From Bacteroidetes bacterium GWF2_29_10 (lineage in GTDB: Bacteria; Bacteroidota; Bacteroidia; Bacteroidales; GWE2-29-8), in assembly GCA_001768555.1 (NCBI GenBank), contig MEOD01000014.1, forward strand, positions 1-59,502: a stretch of DNA of 59,502 nt, in the 5' to 3' direction. This document shows, piece by piece, positions 40,294 through 49,662 of this stretch (the stretch's first letter is position 1; each line of letters opens with the position of its first letter). Under the pieces are notes generated by a model that was not told where the DNA came from, did no database searches, and saw only the letters and a list, made by a program, of their open reading frames with translations. The position numbers were made by a program, and so were the translations under genes.

Positions 40294-41031
40294 TTATATT
40301 CCTCTATGTTTTTTTATTTTTTCATAAGAGTCATTTACTTGCTGGAATTTTTCATTGGCTGATTTTTGGTATTCTTCTCCTAGATGTATTACCTTGTCAG
40401 GATGATATTTCAAAGCCATACGTCGGTATGCTTTTTTCAATGCATCGTTATCAGCATTTGAATCGATTTCTAATATTTTATATGCATCTTCCAGTGCATC
40501 AGTTTTTAGGAACATAGATTTTAGAGATTCAAAATCATGAGATTTGATACCTAAGTAACCAGAGATGTCATTTATTAAATTTATTTCAGAAGGATTAAAA
40601 TCATTATCAGCACCAGCGATTTCAAATAAGAAATGGAGTAAATGTAGTTTAGTTGAGTAGTCCATATTTGCTCTTATTTGAGCACATACTTCTTGCAAAT
40701 TATAATCTTGCTTTAATAAATCACGAAGCACCAATAACATTTCCGCCACTTTCTCTTCATCAAACTGTCTTCTTAAGAAAGATTTCACATAGTCTAGTTC
40801 TGATTTCAAAATTTTCCCATCTGCTTTCATTATTGATGCAGATAATATCAATAAGCTTACAGTGAAATCGCCACTTCTTGTTTTGCCTTTTTGTGAAGAA
40901 GAGTTCCCATTAATATTCTGATTATCATTTGAGCCGATTAATGAGCCTATAAAAAAACCTAATATACCTCCTATTGGTCCTCCCATTGCCCAACCGATGC
41001 CACCTGTAATCCATTTTAAATAACTACCCAT
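40294..41031 (-). CDS. djlA: DjlA-like co-chaperone (TerB domain plus C-terminal J domain)
   Basis: GGIGWAMGGPIGGILG membrane anchor, MKADG, and J-domain AYRRMALKYHPDK. Confidence 0.88.
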   Translation of the reverse strand: MGSYLKWITGGIGWAMGGPIGGILGFFIGSLIGSNDNQNINGNSSSQKGKTRSGDFTVSLLILSASIMKADGKILKSELDYVKSFLRRQFDEEKVAEMLLVLRDLLKQDYNLQEVCAQIRANMDYSTKLHLLHFLFEIAGADNDFNPSEINLINDISGYLGIKSHDFESLKSMFLKTDALEDAYKILEIDSNADNDALKKAYRRMALKYHPDKVIHLGEEYQKSANEKFQQVNDSYEKIKKHRGI

Positions 41032-41033
41032 AA

Positions 41034-41381
41034 TTATTTTAGACTTTGTTTTTGATTAATACTCATATATTTTGCAAAGTTTTCATACCCGTCTGCTTGT
41101 ATCATTCTTATGCATGCTCTTCTATTAGATTTAAATATTAATTTAAACATTTTAGAGATTAGGTTATTAAACCTTTTACAATTATTTATTTCTTTAAATT
41201 CATTACAGTCGGAACAGCTTTTAATGCTTTTTTCAATGCAACATTTTCTTATCTTGCACCATGAAGCTTTAGTATTTTCAATGCATCCTTTACACTTTCC
41301 TTTTAAATAAGCGTTGCATGCTCCGCAATATAGTCCACAATAGGCAATAAGCTTAGTGTCATTTATTATTTCTTTTTTCAT
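41034..41381 (-). CDS. DUF3795 family Cys-rich protein
   Basis: AYCGLYCGAC, CKGC, CKIRKCC and CSDC motifs. Confidence 0.85.
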   Translation of the reverse strand: MKKEIINDTKLIAYCGLYCGACNAYLKGKCKGCIENTKASWCKIRKCCIEKSIKSCSDCNEFKEINNCKRFNNLISKMFKLIFKSNRRACIRMIQADGYENFAKYMSINQKQSLK

Positions 41382-41393
41382 TATTAAAGTTTA

Positions 41394-42032
41394 TTAAAGA
41401 AAAGGATTATATTTTATTTCATCAGATATAGTGGAGCTTTTACCATGTCCTGGGTATACTTTTGTATTTAATGGCAAGCAAAATAATTGTGTTTTTATAC
41501 TGTTTATTATGCTGTCAAAATTACCTGTTGGCATGTCAGTGCGTCCAATTCCTCTTTCAAATAATGTGTCGCCTGAAAACAAGCTAGCATTATCTTCTAT
41601 ATAAAAACATACGCCACCAGCAGTATGTCCAGGAGTGTGAATAGTTTTTAATTTAAAATTACCAATATTAAAGACCTTGTTATGTTCAGTATATTCATCT
41701 GGGAGATTTGTTTCATTCATTTGAAAGCCCAGCATTTTACCATATTCTGGTGCGTTTTTTATAATTTGTACTTCTTCCTTATGTGCAATGTATTTTATGT
41801 TAGGGTAGTGAGTTTTCATGTCACTAATTCCAGTGATATGGTCTATATGACAATGAGTATTTAGCAGTAGTTTAGGAGTGAGTTTATTTTCTTCTAAAAA
41901 AGAGTTAAGTTGTTTAAATTCTGATTGACTATAAGCAGAGCAATCTATTATTGCAGCTTCTTTTGAATCATCCCATACAACGTAAGTATTTACTGAAAAA
42001 GGATTGAATATGAAAGTTTTTATTTGAATCAT
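41394..42032 (-). CDS. MBL-fold metallo-hydrolase (glyoxalase II/YcbL-like)
   Basis: THCHIDH, TPGHT, FSGDTLF, GRTD and YPGHG motifs. Confidence 0.92.
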   Translation of the reverse strand: MIQIKTFIFNPFSVNTYVVWDDSKEAAIIDCSAYSQSEFKQLNSFLEENKLTPKLLLNTHCHIDHITGISDMKTHYPNIKYIAHKEEVQIIKNAPEYGKMLGFQMNETNLPDEYTEHNKVFNIGNFKLKTIHTPGHTAGGVCFYIEDNASLFSGDTLFERGIGRTDMPTGNFDSIINSIKTQLFCLPLNTKVYPGHGKSSTISDEIKYNPFL

Positions 42033-42056
42033 AAATAAGTTTTTTGTAAAGCAAAA

Positions 42057-42869
42057 TTACATCTTTTTAATCATTTCTATTATAATTTCGTTTATTTTAT
42101 TTGCTGATTTATTGGCAACTTGAAGTACTTCTTTATGTGATATTGGATGAAAATGTCCTTCAAATCCTAAATCTGTAATTATAGAAGTGGCAAAGCACTT
42201 CATTCCTGAATGGATTGCAACGATATTTTCAGGAACCGTTGACATGCCAACAGCATCTGCACCCATTTTTGCAAGATATCTATATTCGGCAGGAGTTTCA
42301 AAACATGGTCCAGGCACAGCAACATACACACCTTTATGATATTTAATTGATTTTTCCTGAGCAATATTAATTGCGTCCTTGATTAATTCCCTGTCATAAG
42401 GTTCTAGCATGTCAACAAAGCGAGGACCTAATTCATCTATATTATGCCCAATAAGAGGATTGTCTCCCATTAAATTAATATGGTCTTCTATAAACATAAT
42501 ATCTCCTATTGAATAGGCACTATTCATACCTCCTGCAGCATTTGAGAGAAACAAATATTCAGCTCCAAGTTGTTTTACAACTCTTATGGGGAATGTTATT
42601 TCTTGCATAGAATAGCCTTCATAATAATGGAAACGGCCATTCATCAGAACCACTTCTGTGCCACTTATATTTCCAAATACAAGTTCTCCTTTATGTCCTT
42701 TCACTGTAGAAATAGGAAAGTAAGGGATTTCGGAATATCTGATAATTTCATCAATTGATATATAATCTTTCAAGCTACTTAATCCAGAACCTAATATTAT
42801 GCATATCTTGGGTGTTGATTTTGTTATTGTTCTTATAAAGTCAATTGATTTTTGTATTCTTTCCAACAT
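42057..42869 (-). CDS. punA: Purine-nucleoside phosphorylase (trimeric type)
   Basis: IILGSGL, GRFHYYEG, NAAGG, GPCFETPAE and VGMSTVPE motifs. Confidence 0.93.
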   Translation of the reverse strand: MLERIQKSIDFIRTITKSTPKICIILGSGLSSLKDYISIDEIIRYSEIPYFPISTVKGHKGELVFGNISGTEVVLMNGRFHYYEGYSMQEITFPIRVVKQLGAEYLFLSNAAGGMNSAYSIGDIMFIEDHINLMGDNPLIGHNIDELGPRFVDMLEPYDRELIKDAINIAQEKSIKYHKGVYVAVPGPCFETPAEYRYLAKMGADAVGMSTVPENIVAIHSGMKCFATSIITDLGFEGHFHPISHKEVLQVANKSANKINEIIIEMIKKM

Positions 42870-43923
42870 AGTCTAAAATTTTATCTTTAAAAAACATATC
42901 ATCATTCTTATGCAATCGAACCTTTATAGGCAAATAAAAGATAGGAAAACCGCATAATTGATTTGCAAGTAAGCTGTTATTTTTAATTTTAACAATATCT
43001 TTTTCGGTTGTAACAATTATTGTCGAGCCCTTAGTCCTTTCTAAATTGTTATAAACATTAATAATTCTGTTTATATCCCTTTCATTGTAATTATGATGAT
43101 CACGTAAAGTTATAGCAGTTGTATCTTTAAACTTTGTTTCTAAATATTCATAAAAACTATTATATCCAGCAATTCCACAAAAGGCAACAACGTTTTTAAC
43201 TGTTTTTAAAAATTCTTTATCATAATTATTCATTAAAAATAATGGTTTTAATTCATCGTATTCAAAATAGGAAAACAGCACAGTGTTATTTTTACCTTTA
43301 TATTTACCTATTTTATATTCCAATTCTTTTTTAGCATCATCAGTTAAAGACTCGCTAGTCTTTGTTACAATAATAATGTCAGCACGCTTAATTGAGCTTT
43401 TTGATTCTCTTAAATTTCCATAAGGTAATAAATCATCAATAGTGAAAAGATTATAATAAGGAGTTAGAATAATATTAAAACCCGGAGTTAGAGCCCTATG
43501 CTGGAAACCATCATCTAAAATAATAACATCAGGCTTATGAAGTGATATTATATGACTAACACCATTTACTCTATCTGAATCAACAGCAACAATAACCTTA
43601 TTTCCAAATTTTTGTTTTATTTGTAATGGTTCGTCGCCAACATCTGTAGCTTTTGAATCAACATCAACAATCATAAAATTCTTAGTTTTTCTTCTGTAGC
43701 CTCTGCTAAGAACCGCAACTTTATAATCAGATTTAAGCATATCAACAATATATTCCACATGCGGTGTTTTGCCCGAGCCTCCAACGCTTAAATTCCCAAC
43801 GCAAATTATAGGAATATCAAAACTAATCGACTTTAATATTTTTTTATCATACAAATAATTTCTTATTGATGTAATTATAAACCATACAAAAGACAGCGGA
43901 ATACTAACTAATTTTTTATACAT
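42841..43923 (-). CDS. lpxK: Tetraacyldisaccharide 4'-kinase
   Basis: VGNLSVGGSGKTP, LSRGY, GDEP, LDDGFQH, LP.GNLRE and TTEKD motifs. Confidence 0.96.
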   Translation of the reverse strand: MYKKLVSIPLSFVWFIITSIRNYLYDKKILKSISFDIPIICVGNLSVGGSGKTPHVEYIVDMLKSDYKVAVLSRGYRRKTKNFMIVDVDSKATDVGDEPLQIKQKFGNKVIVAVDSDRVNGVSHIISLHKPDVIILDDGFQHRALTPGFNIILTPYYNLFTIDDLLPYGNLRESKSSIKRADIIIVTKTSESLTDDAKKELEYKIGKYKGKNNTVLFSYFEYDELKPLFLMNNYDKEFLKTVKNVVAFCGIAGYNSFYEYLETKFKDTTAITLRDHHNYNERDINRIINVYNNLERTKGSTIIVTTEKDIVKIKNNSLLANQLCGFPIFYLPIKVRLHKNDDMFFKDKILDYVGKNTKIN

Positions 43924-44054
43924 AGATTTAATGATTTGAAACCACTAAATTATAAAATTAAATTGTATTACTTGTAAAAAAAATATTAATAATTGCATTT
44001 TATCGTAATGTAAAAATCACTTACATGCAAAATGTATGCAGCTCTACAAAGATT

Positions 44055-44358
44055 TATTAGGACTTGCAACAACAATTTTCAGGACGACCTAAGAAACAAA
44101 CACTCTGAACTCCTTGAAAAATGAGTATAATCAAATAAATAATACCCCACGAAGGGTATTATATACACGGCAAGGGGGTATTATTACACGTTCCGAGGGT
44201 ATTATATACACGGCAAGGGGGTATTATTACACGTTCCGAGGGTATTATATACACGGCAAGGGGGTGTTATTACACGTTCCGAGGGTATTATATACACGCC
44301 AAGGGGGTATTATTACACATCTGTAACGTATTGTTGCAGCTATCTCAAGGTCCTAATA
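44055..44358. mobile_element. Candidate MITE enclosing the 43-bp tandem array
   Basis: Left end TATTAGGACTTG; right end reverse complement TATTAGGACCTTG; interior is GC-richer than the flanks and non-coding. Confidence 0.4.
44152..44318. repeat. 43-bp tandem repeat x~4, built from alternating 21/22-bp subunits
   Basis: GAGGGTATTATATACACGGCA-AGGGGGTATTATTACACGTTCC units start at 44152, 44195, 44238 and 44281. Confidence 0.93.
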
Positions 44359-44466
44359 TTACTTGTTTATTCCTTAAAAATATTAAAGAAAATATTTAAG
44401 GTCTATAAATATTTTTTATAACAATAATAAAATTATTTACATTTACAGTCTTAACTGAATGGATTT

Positions 44467-45483
44467 ATGAATAATTCTATATTTATTGACACATTGAAAG
44501 GGCTTGATTGTGAACGTCCTCCTATTTGGTTTATGCGACAAGCAGGACGCGTTTTACCATCATACGTTAAACTTAGAGAACAATATTCTTTTTGTGAGTT
44601 AATGCAACAAGCTGACTTGGCAGCTAAGGTAACGTTAATGCCTGTGCATGATTTAGGGGTTGATGCAGCAATATTATTTTCGGATATACTTGTTGTGCCT
44701 GTTGCTATGGGAATGGATTTAGAATTTACGGATAAAGGTCCTGTATTTAATAAGCCATTAAAAGATTTATCTAATCCTGCTGATAATATTAAAGAACAGC
44801 CTGAAAAGCTTGATTATATATACGATGTTATTGATGAAATAATTGAAACACGCCCAGATAATATTCCTCTTATTGGGTTTTGTGGGGCACCGTTAACAAC
44901 ATTGTGTTATATGTTGCAAGGAAAAAGTAGTGACCATACATTTCCCGATGCTATTAAATTTATGTATAGTAATGTTAAGCAAACAAGAAAGTTGATAGAA
45001 AAGATAACTGATTTATCAATCCATTATGCTTTGGAACAGATAAAACACGGGATTGACGTGTTTCAATTATTTGATACTCACGCAGGCTTATTACCTTTTG
45101 AGATGTATAAATCATTGTTTTTTCCATCAATAGTACAAATGGCACATGTTATTAGGGAACAAAATGTTCCATTTATATACTTTCCCAAAGGGATTGGATA
45201 TGGAATCAAATATATAACAAAGGCTCATTGTGATTATCTAAGCATAGATTGGCATACATCTCTTCCTTATGCGAGAGAAATAGTGGATAGGAATATAGGA
45301 CTGCAAGGCAATCTTGATCCTAGATCACTATTTGGAAGCAAAGAAAGCATAAGTAAGATGTTAGAATCATACATCAAATTTGGGCAATCAAATAAAAACT
45401 GGGTATTTAATCTTGGACACGGCTTTATGCCTGAAACTCCGTTTGAAAATGCAAGACTAATTGTGGATGCAATGAAAAAATAA
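44467..45483 (+). CDS. hemE: Uroporphyrinogen decarboxylase
   Basis: PIWFMRQAGR, DAAILFSDIL, IGFCGAP, QGNLDP and FNLGHG motifs. Confidence 0.95.
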   Translation: MNNSIFIDTLKGLDCERPPIWFMRQAGRVLPSYVKLREQYSFCELMQQADLAAKVTLMPVHDLGVDAAILFSDILVVPVAMGMDLEFTDKGPVFNKPLKDLSNPADNIKEQPEKLDYIYDVIDEIIETRPDNIPLIGFCGAPLTTLCYMLQGKSSDHTFPDAIKFMYSNVKQTRKLIEKITDLSIHYALEQIKHGIDVFQLFDTHAGLLPFEMYKSLFFPSIVQMAHVIREQNVPFIYFPKGIGYGIKYITKAHCDYLSIDWHTSLPYAREIVDRNIGLQGNLDPRSLFGSKESISKMLESYIKFGQSNKNWVFNLGHGFMPETPFENARLIVDAMKK

Positions 45484-45529
45484 TTTCTATTTATAGATTA
45501 ATTTTTTAATTGTAATAATTAAGAAATAC

Positions 45530-45537
45530 TACCTTTG
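45530..45537 (+). promoter_or_regulatory. -7 promoter element for the hyfB-like operon
   Basis: TACCTTTG 28 nt upstream of ATG 45566. Confidence 0.6.
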
Positions 45538-45565
45538 CACTTCTCATTGCAAAAAAAATATAAGA

Positions 45566-47539
45566 ATGTTTATTTCTGGATTAATTTTCAAAATAGTTAT
45601 AATTCTTTCTTTATTAACTTTCTTTCTAAAAGATAAGAAATTAAAAGCAATAACTTTAACAAGTAGTATTTTATTTACAGCGATAACTACGTTCTTTTGC
45701 TTTAATGCTTTTGCAAATAGTGAAGCCGTTAGTTTGAAATTAGATTTGCTCTTATGGACGTGGTCTGGTGATAGTTATATTGTTATAGATAAGTTTAACT
45801 CAATATTTATTATCCTTTATAATGTTATTTCATTAATTGGAATTTTGTATAGCTTCAAATACATTGAAAATTTTGATAGCGTAAGCACTAAGATACATTA
45901 TTTTGCTCTATTATGGTTGCAGTATTCATTATTTTTTATAGTTGTTACAGATAATTTTGTAAACTTTCTAACTGCTTGGGAAATAATGACAATAACATCG
46001 TTTTTCCTTATTATATATGATTTAAAACCACAAACAATAAAGGTTGGAATTAATTATCTTATTCAAATGCACGTTTGTTTTTTTCTATTATTATTTGGTT
46101 TTAGCTTGATGCTTAAATATACTGGCAGTTATCAAATATCTTCTTTAGCTAATGCTGATATGTTTAGCAATCATGCTTATTTAGCAACAATATCTCTTTT
46201 GCTTTTAGGTTTTGGATTTAAGGCAGGCTTTATTCCTTTTCATGCGTGGCTGCCGAAAGCATATACAACTGCTCCATCTCATATTTCAGGAATAATGTCT
46301 GGCGTTATGGTTAAAATGGGGATATTTGGATTATTGAAAGTTCTATTAATCACACAAAGTAATCTATTACTGCTGGGTTCTGTCATCATAATAATTTCTA
46401 TAATTACTGGTATTTATGGTATTTTACAAGCAACGTTTCAAAATGATATAAAAAAACTATTAGCATACAGTTCTATTGAGAATATTGGGATAATTGGCAT
46501 TGGTATAGGATTGTTTCTAATAGGAAAAGTCTATAATAATGTTTATATGCAATCTATTGCATTGACAGCAGTTATTATTCATATAATCACTCACTCATTA
46601 GTAAAGTCTTTTTTATTCTTTATAACTGGGAATATTTATAAAACAACCCACACAAAGAACATAAATCTTATGGGTGGATTGATAAAAAAGATACCAGCAA
46701 CTTCAACAATGTTTATAACAGGAATGATTGCCTTGGCTGGATTACCTCCTTTATGTGGCTTCTTTTCTAAGTTTTTAATATTCTATACCTCTTACTCTAA
46801 TATCTTTAATGATAATTTCTATAAAACAATAATTCTGCTTTGCGTAATTATTGCATTAGGTATCATTAGTGGACTTTCTGTATTTGCATTTACAAAAGCT
46901 TCTGGAATAATGTTGCTTGGAAACAAAAGAAGCAACGTTGAATATAATTCAAAAATGGACAATAATATATACGCAGAAGTAATACTATTATCAATAATAC
47001 TTATAATATCATTACTTCCTGCGGTTTTGTTTAATTTTATATTTAATATAGTGTGCTCTGTAAACAATATATTTGTTGAAAAAATTTATTATCAAAACCT
47101 TCAAGAAATATTTATTAAAATTAATATTATAACCGTCATATTTGCGGCTATAGTAACGATAATATATTTAATAAGAAAAAGATTTATAAATAGAAACGGT
47201 TTCGAAAAACAAGCTACATGGGGATGTGGATATACTGCAATAAATGAAAAGATGCAATACACTTCAACTTCAATGAGTGATAACTTGTTTGACTTGGCAA
47301 AGCCATTAATTAAAAAAAACGTTACAAATATCAATTTTAAAGATAAAGAAGTTTTTCCAAAAAATAAAAGGTTGGATTATAAAACAGAGGATTATGCAGA
47401 TATGTTTATAAACAAATTGATATATTTTGGGGAATTGATAATTAAAAAGTTTGCAGTAACTCAAACAGGTAAAATCCAGCACTACGTATTGTATGCGTTT
47501 ATTTTTTTAATAATTGTTTTCATAATTAGTTTTTTATAA
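45566..47539 (+). CDS. hyfB: HyfB/EhrA-like antiporter-type membrane subunit (NuoL/M/N family)
   Basis: AWEIMTITSFFL, GFGFKAG..PFHAWLP, MSGVMVKMG, KKLLAYSSIENIG, LPPLCGF and TWGCGY...MQYT motifs. Confidence 0.82.
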   Translation: MFISGLIFKIVIILSLLTFFLKDKKLKAITLTSSILFTAITTFFCFNAFANSEAVSLKLDLLLWTWSGDSYIVIDKFNSIFIILYNVISLIGILYSFKYIENFDSVSTKIHYFALLWLQYSLFFIVVTDNFVNFLTAWEIMTITSFFLIIYDLKPQTIKVGINYLIQMHVCFFLLLFGFSLMLKYTGSYQISSLANADMFSNHAYLATISLLLLGFGFKAGFIPFHAWLPKAYTTAPSHISGIMSGVMVKMGIFGLLKVLLITQSNLLLLGSVIIIISIITGIYGILQATFQNDIKKLLAYSSIENIGIIGIGIGLFLIGKVYNNVYMQSIALTAVIIHIITHSLVKSFLFFITGNIYKTTHTKNINLMGGLIKKIPATSTMFITGMIALAGLPPLCGFFSKFLIFYTSYSNIFNDNFYKTIILLCVIIALGIISGLSVFAFTKASGIMLLGNKRSNVEYNSKMDNNIYAEVILLSIILIISLLPAVLFNFIFNIVCSVNNIFVEKIYYQNLQEIFIKINIITVIFAAIVTIIYLIRKRFINRNGFEKQATWGCGYTAINEKMQYTSTSMSDNLFDLAKPLIKKNVTNINFKDKEVFPKNKRLDYKTEDYADMFINKLIYFGELIIKKFAVTQTGKIQHYVLYAFIFLIIVFIISFL

Positions 47540-47540
47540 A

Positions 47541-48449
47541 ATGATAGGAATTATTTTAATTATTATATTGACATTTTTCTTCCCTGGAATAATCAACCGC
47601 ACAAAAAGTATTCTTAGTGGGCGAAAAGGACCTGTTATTTTGCAACCAATGTATGATATAAGGCTCTTATTAAATAAAAAATCAATATTTAGTAATACTT
47701 CTAGCATTATAACTCAAGTAGGACCAACGATATATTTCGCTTCAATAGTAACGTCTTTGCTTTTTCTCCCATTTGGCAGTTATTCTTCGGTTATTAATTT
47801 TGATAATGACTTCATCTATTTTATATATATTCTTGCTTTTGGAAAATTCTTTATGGTTTTAACAGCACTTGATGCAGGAAGTAGTTTTCAGGGAATGGGG
47901 GCAAGTAGAGAAGTGATGTATTCAATGCTCATAGAACCTGCAATATTAATACTTATTGGAGCTTTGTCAATGATCACAGGCTATACTTCATTTGATGAAA
48001 TATTTAAATTCATGGACTTCACAAATAATAGCTACTATTTAGTCACTATTATTTGTTGTTATATACTAGTTAAGTTTGCTATGGTGGAAAATAGTCGATT
48101 ACCTATTGATGATCCAAAGACTCATTTAGAACTAACAATGGTTCATGAAGTAATGATTTTAGATATTTCTGGTTTTGATTTAGCTTTAATTCATTTTGCT
48201 AATGCTCTGAAATTTACAATATTTGGCAGTTTAATTGCCAATTGCTTATTCCCTCCTAATTCAAATATCTTAGTGCTAACATTGATATTTATAGTTACAC
48301 AAATAAGTTTTGCTGTTATCATTGGATTTCTTGAATCATTTAACCCAAGAAATAAAGTTGTTAAAAATCCTCAATATCTATTGACTATATCTGCTATATC
48401 TTTGTTGGCATTTGTAATAGCATTAATATTAACAAATAAAATAACGTAG
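47541..48449 (+). CDS. hyfC: HyfC/HycD/EhrB-like (NuoH family) membrane subunit
   Basis: GRKGP..LQP.YD, ALDAGSSF.GMGASRE and ENSRLPIDDPKTHLELTMVHE motifs. Confidence 0.85.
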   Translation: MIGIILIIILTFFFPGIINRTKSILSGRKGPVILQPMYDIRLLLNKKSIFSNTSSIITQVGPTIYFASIVTSLLFLPFGSYSSVINFDNDFIYFIYILAFGKFFMVLTALDAGSSFQGMGASREVMYSMLIEPAILILIGALSMITGYTSFDEIFKFMDFTNNSYYLVTIICCYILVKFAMVENSRLPIDDPKTHLELTMVHEVMILDISGFDLALIHFANALKFTIFGSLIANCLFPPNSNILVLTLIFIVTQISFAVIIGFLESFNPRNKVVKNPQYLLTISAISLLAFVIALILTNKIT

Positions 48450-48451
48450 CC

Positions 48452-49084
48452 ATGATTGTATTTCTAATAGTTTTATTTGCAATAACATTAATATATATAT
48501 CGAAGACAGAACGCTTTCGTACTTATCTTAATTTGATAGCTCTGCAGGGAGTATTGCTGTTTCTTATTTCTTTTGTAAGTATCTTTGGATCTGCTTCTAT
48601 ATCAAACCTTATATTTATAATTTTTGAGACTTTGCTTTTTAAAGCAATAGTAATCCCTTTACTTTTAAAGCATATAATATCAAAAATAAAAATATCAAGA
48701 GTTCACGAGAAATCATTGCCTAGCTTTTATTCTTTAATATTTATATCTTTTGGATTATTAATAAGTGTGATTATTTCTCAATATTTTAAAAGCGAAAAAA
48801 TAGAAGCTCTTTATTTTAGTATATCGGTGTTTACTCTATTTACAGGTCTATTCCTTATCGTATCTCATAAGAAAATATTCTCTCATATGATAGGGTTTCT
48901 TGTGATTGAAAATGCAGTTTTTCTGCTTTCTTTAGCCGTAGGTCTTGAAATGCCTCTGCTCATTAACCTTGCTATATTTATAGATATAATTGTTAGTGTG
49001 CTTATACTTGGATTATTCATCAATAAGATGAGTGCAGTAATTGAAGATGTTAACTCAGAAGAACTTTCAATGTTAAAAGATTAA
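48452..49084 (+). CDS. hyfE: HyfE/EhrC-like membrane subunit
   Basis: LQGVLL, KAIVIP and GFLVIENAVF motifs; position after hyfC. Confidence 0.8.
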   Translation: MIVFLIVLFAITLIYISKTERFRTYLNLIALQGVLLFLISFVSIFGSASISNLIFIIFETLLFKAIVIPLLLKHIISKIKISRVHEKSLPSFYSLIFISFGLLISVIISQYFKSEKIEALYFSISVFTLFTGLFLIVSHKKIFSHMIGFLVIENAVFLLSLAVGLEMPLLINLAIFIDIIVSVLILGLFINKMSAVIEDVNSEELSMLKD

Positions 49085-49120
49085 ATAGAGACACCGACAT
49101 ATAAAACGACATCTCTATTT
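49083..49120. terminator. Weak hairpin between the convergent hyfE and DPSL genes
   Basis: AAATAGAGA...TCTCTATTT stem with a long loop. Confidence 0.4.
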
Positions 49121-49132
49121 AATATAAAATAA

Positions 49133-49633
49133 TTATTTACCTCTAGTAAGCATAAGTTCTATATCTTCTTTTAAAGAAGAAAGATCTTCCTCGTGCTCAA
49201 CTTCGTCTGATATTATTTGAAGAATTATGTTATACGTTACTGGATCTTTCTCTCTGGTAATATCAAGAAGATTATTGTATGTTTTAATAGCACATTGCTC
49301 ACCTTTGATATTTTGATTTAAAACTTCTTCAACATAAGGATTAACAGGAGCATCATATCCGCAGTTTGTAATTTTCATCCATTCTTCTGGAGAAAGTACT
49401 GGAGTCCCACCTAACTGAATAATTCTTGTCGCTAATAATTGAGCATGAGCAAGCTCTTCTGTAGCATGCAAGTTTAGTTCGCTAATAACAGCATCTTTCA
49501 TTGGCCCTTTTACAACTTTAGCTCCAATCCAATATTGATAATATGCAAGCCATTCGTCAGCAAGCGCTTTGTTTAATAAGTTGATTAATTCATCAACATC
49601 CATTTTTACTATTTGTCTTCCAAATTGTGCCAT
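49133..49633 (-). CDS. DPS-like (DPSL) ferritin-family protein
   Basis: LNKALADEWLAYYQYW, EELAHA, RIIQLGG, EQCAI and DEVEHE motifs, with a Cys pair (TNCGY, EQC). Confidence 0.88.
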   Translation of the reverse strand: MAQFGRQIVKMDVDELINLLNKALADEWLAYYQYWIGAKVVKGPMKDAVISELNLHATEELAHAQLLATRIIQLGGTPVLSPEEWMKITNCGYDAPVNPYVEEVLNQNIKGEQCAIKTYNNLLDITREKDPVTYNIILQIISDEVEHEEDLSSLKEDIELMLTRGK

Positions 49634-49662
49634 AATTATTAAATATTAAAAGGTTAAAAAAA

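Noticed and set aside
44152-44318. CRISPR array, or the 70-aa ORF 44114-44326 as a gene
   Set aside because: Units are nearly identical with no unique spacers; the ORF is a by-product of the repeat and the 43-bp period is not a multiple of 3.
16541-48449. Genome-wide TAG reassignment
   Set aside because: Only one internal TAG was seen among about 40 genes, and TAG terminates korB, lpxB and hyfC at plausible native C-termini.
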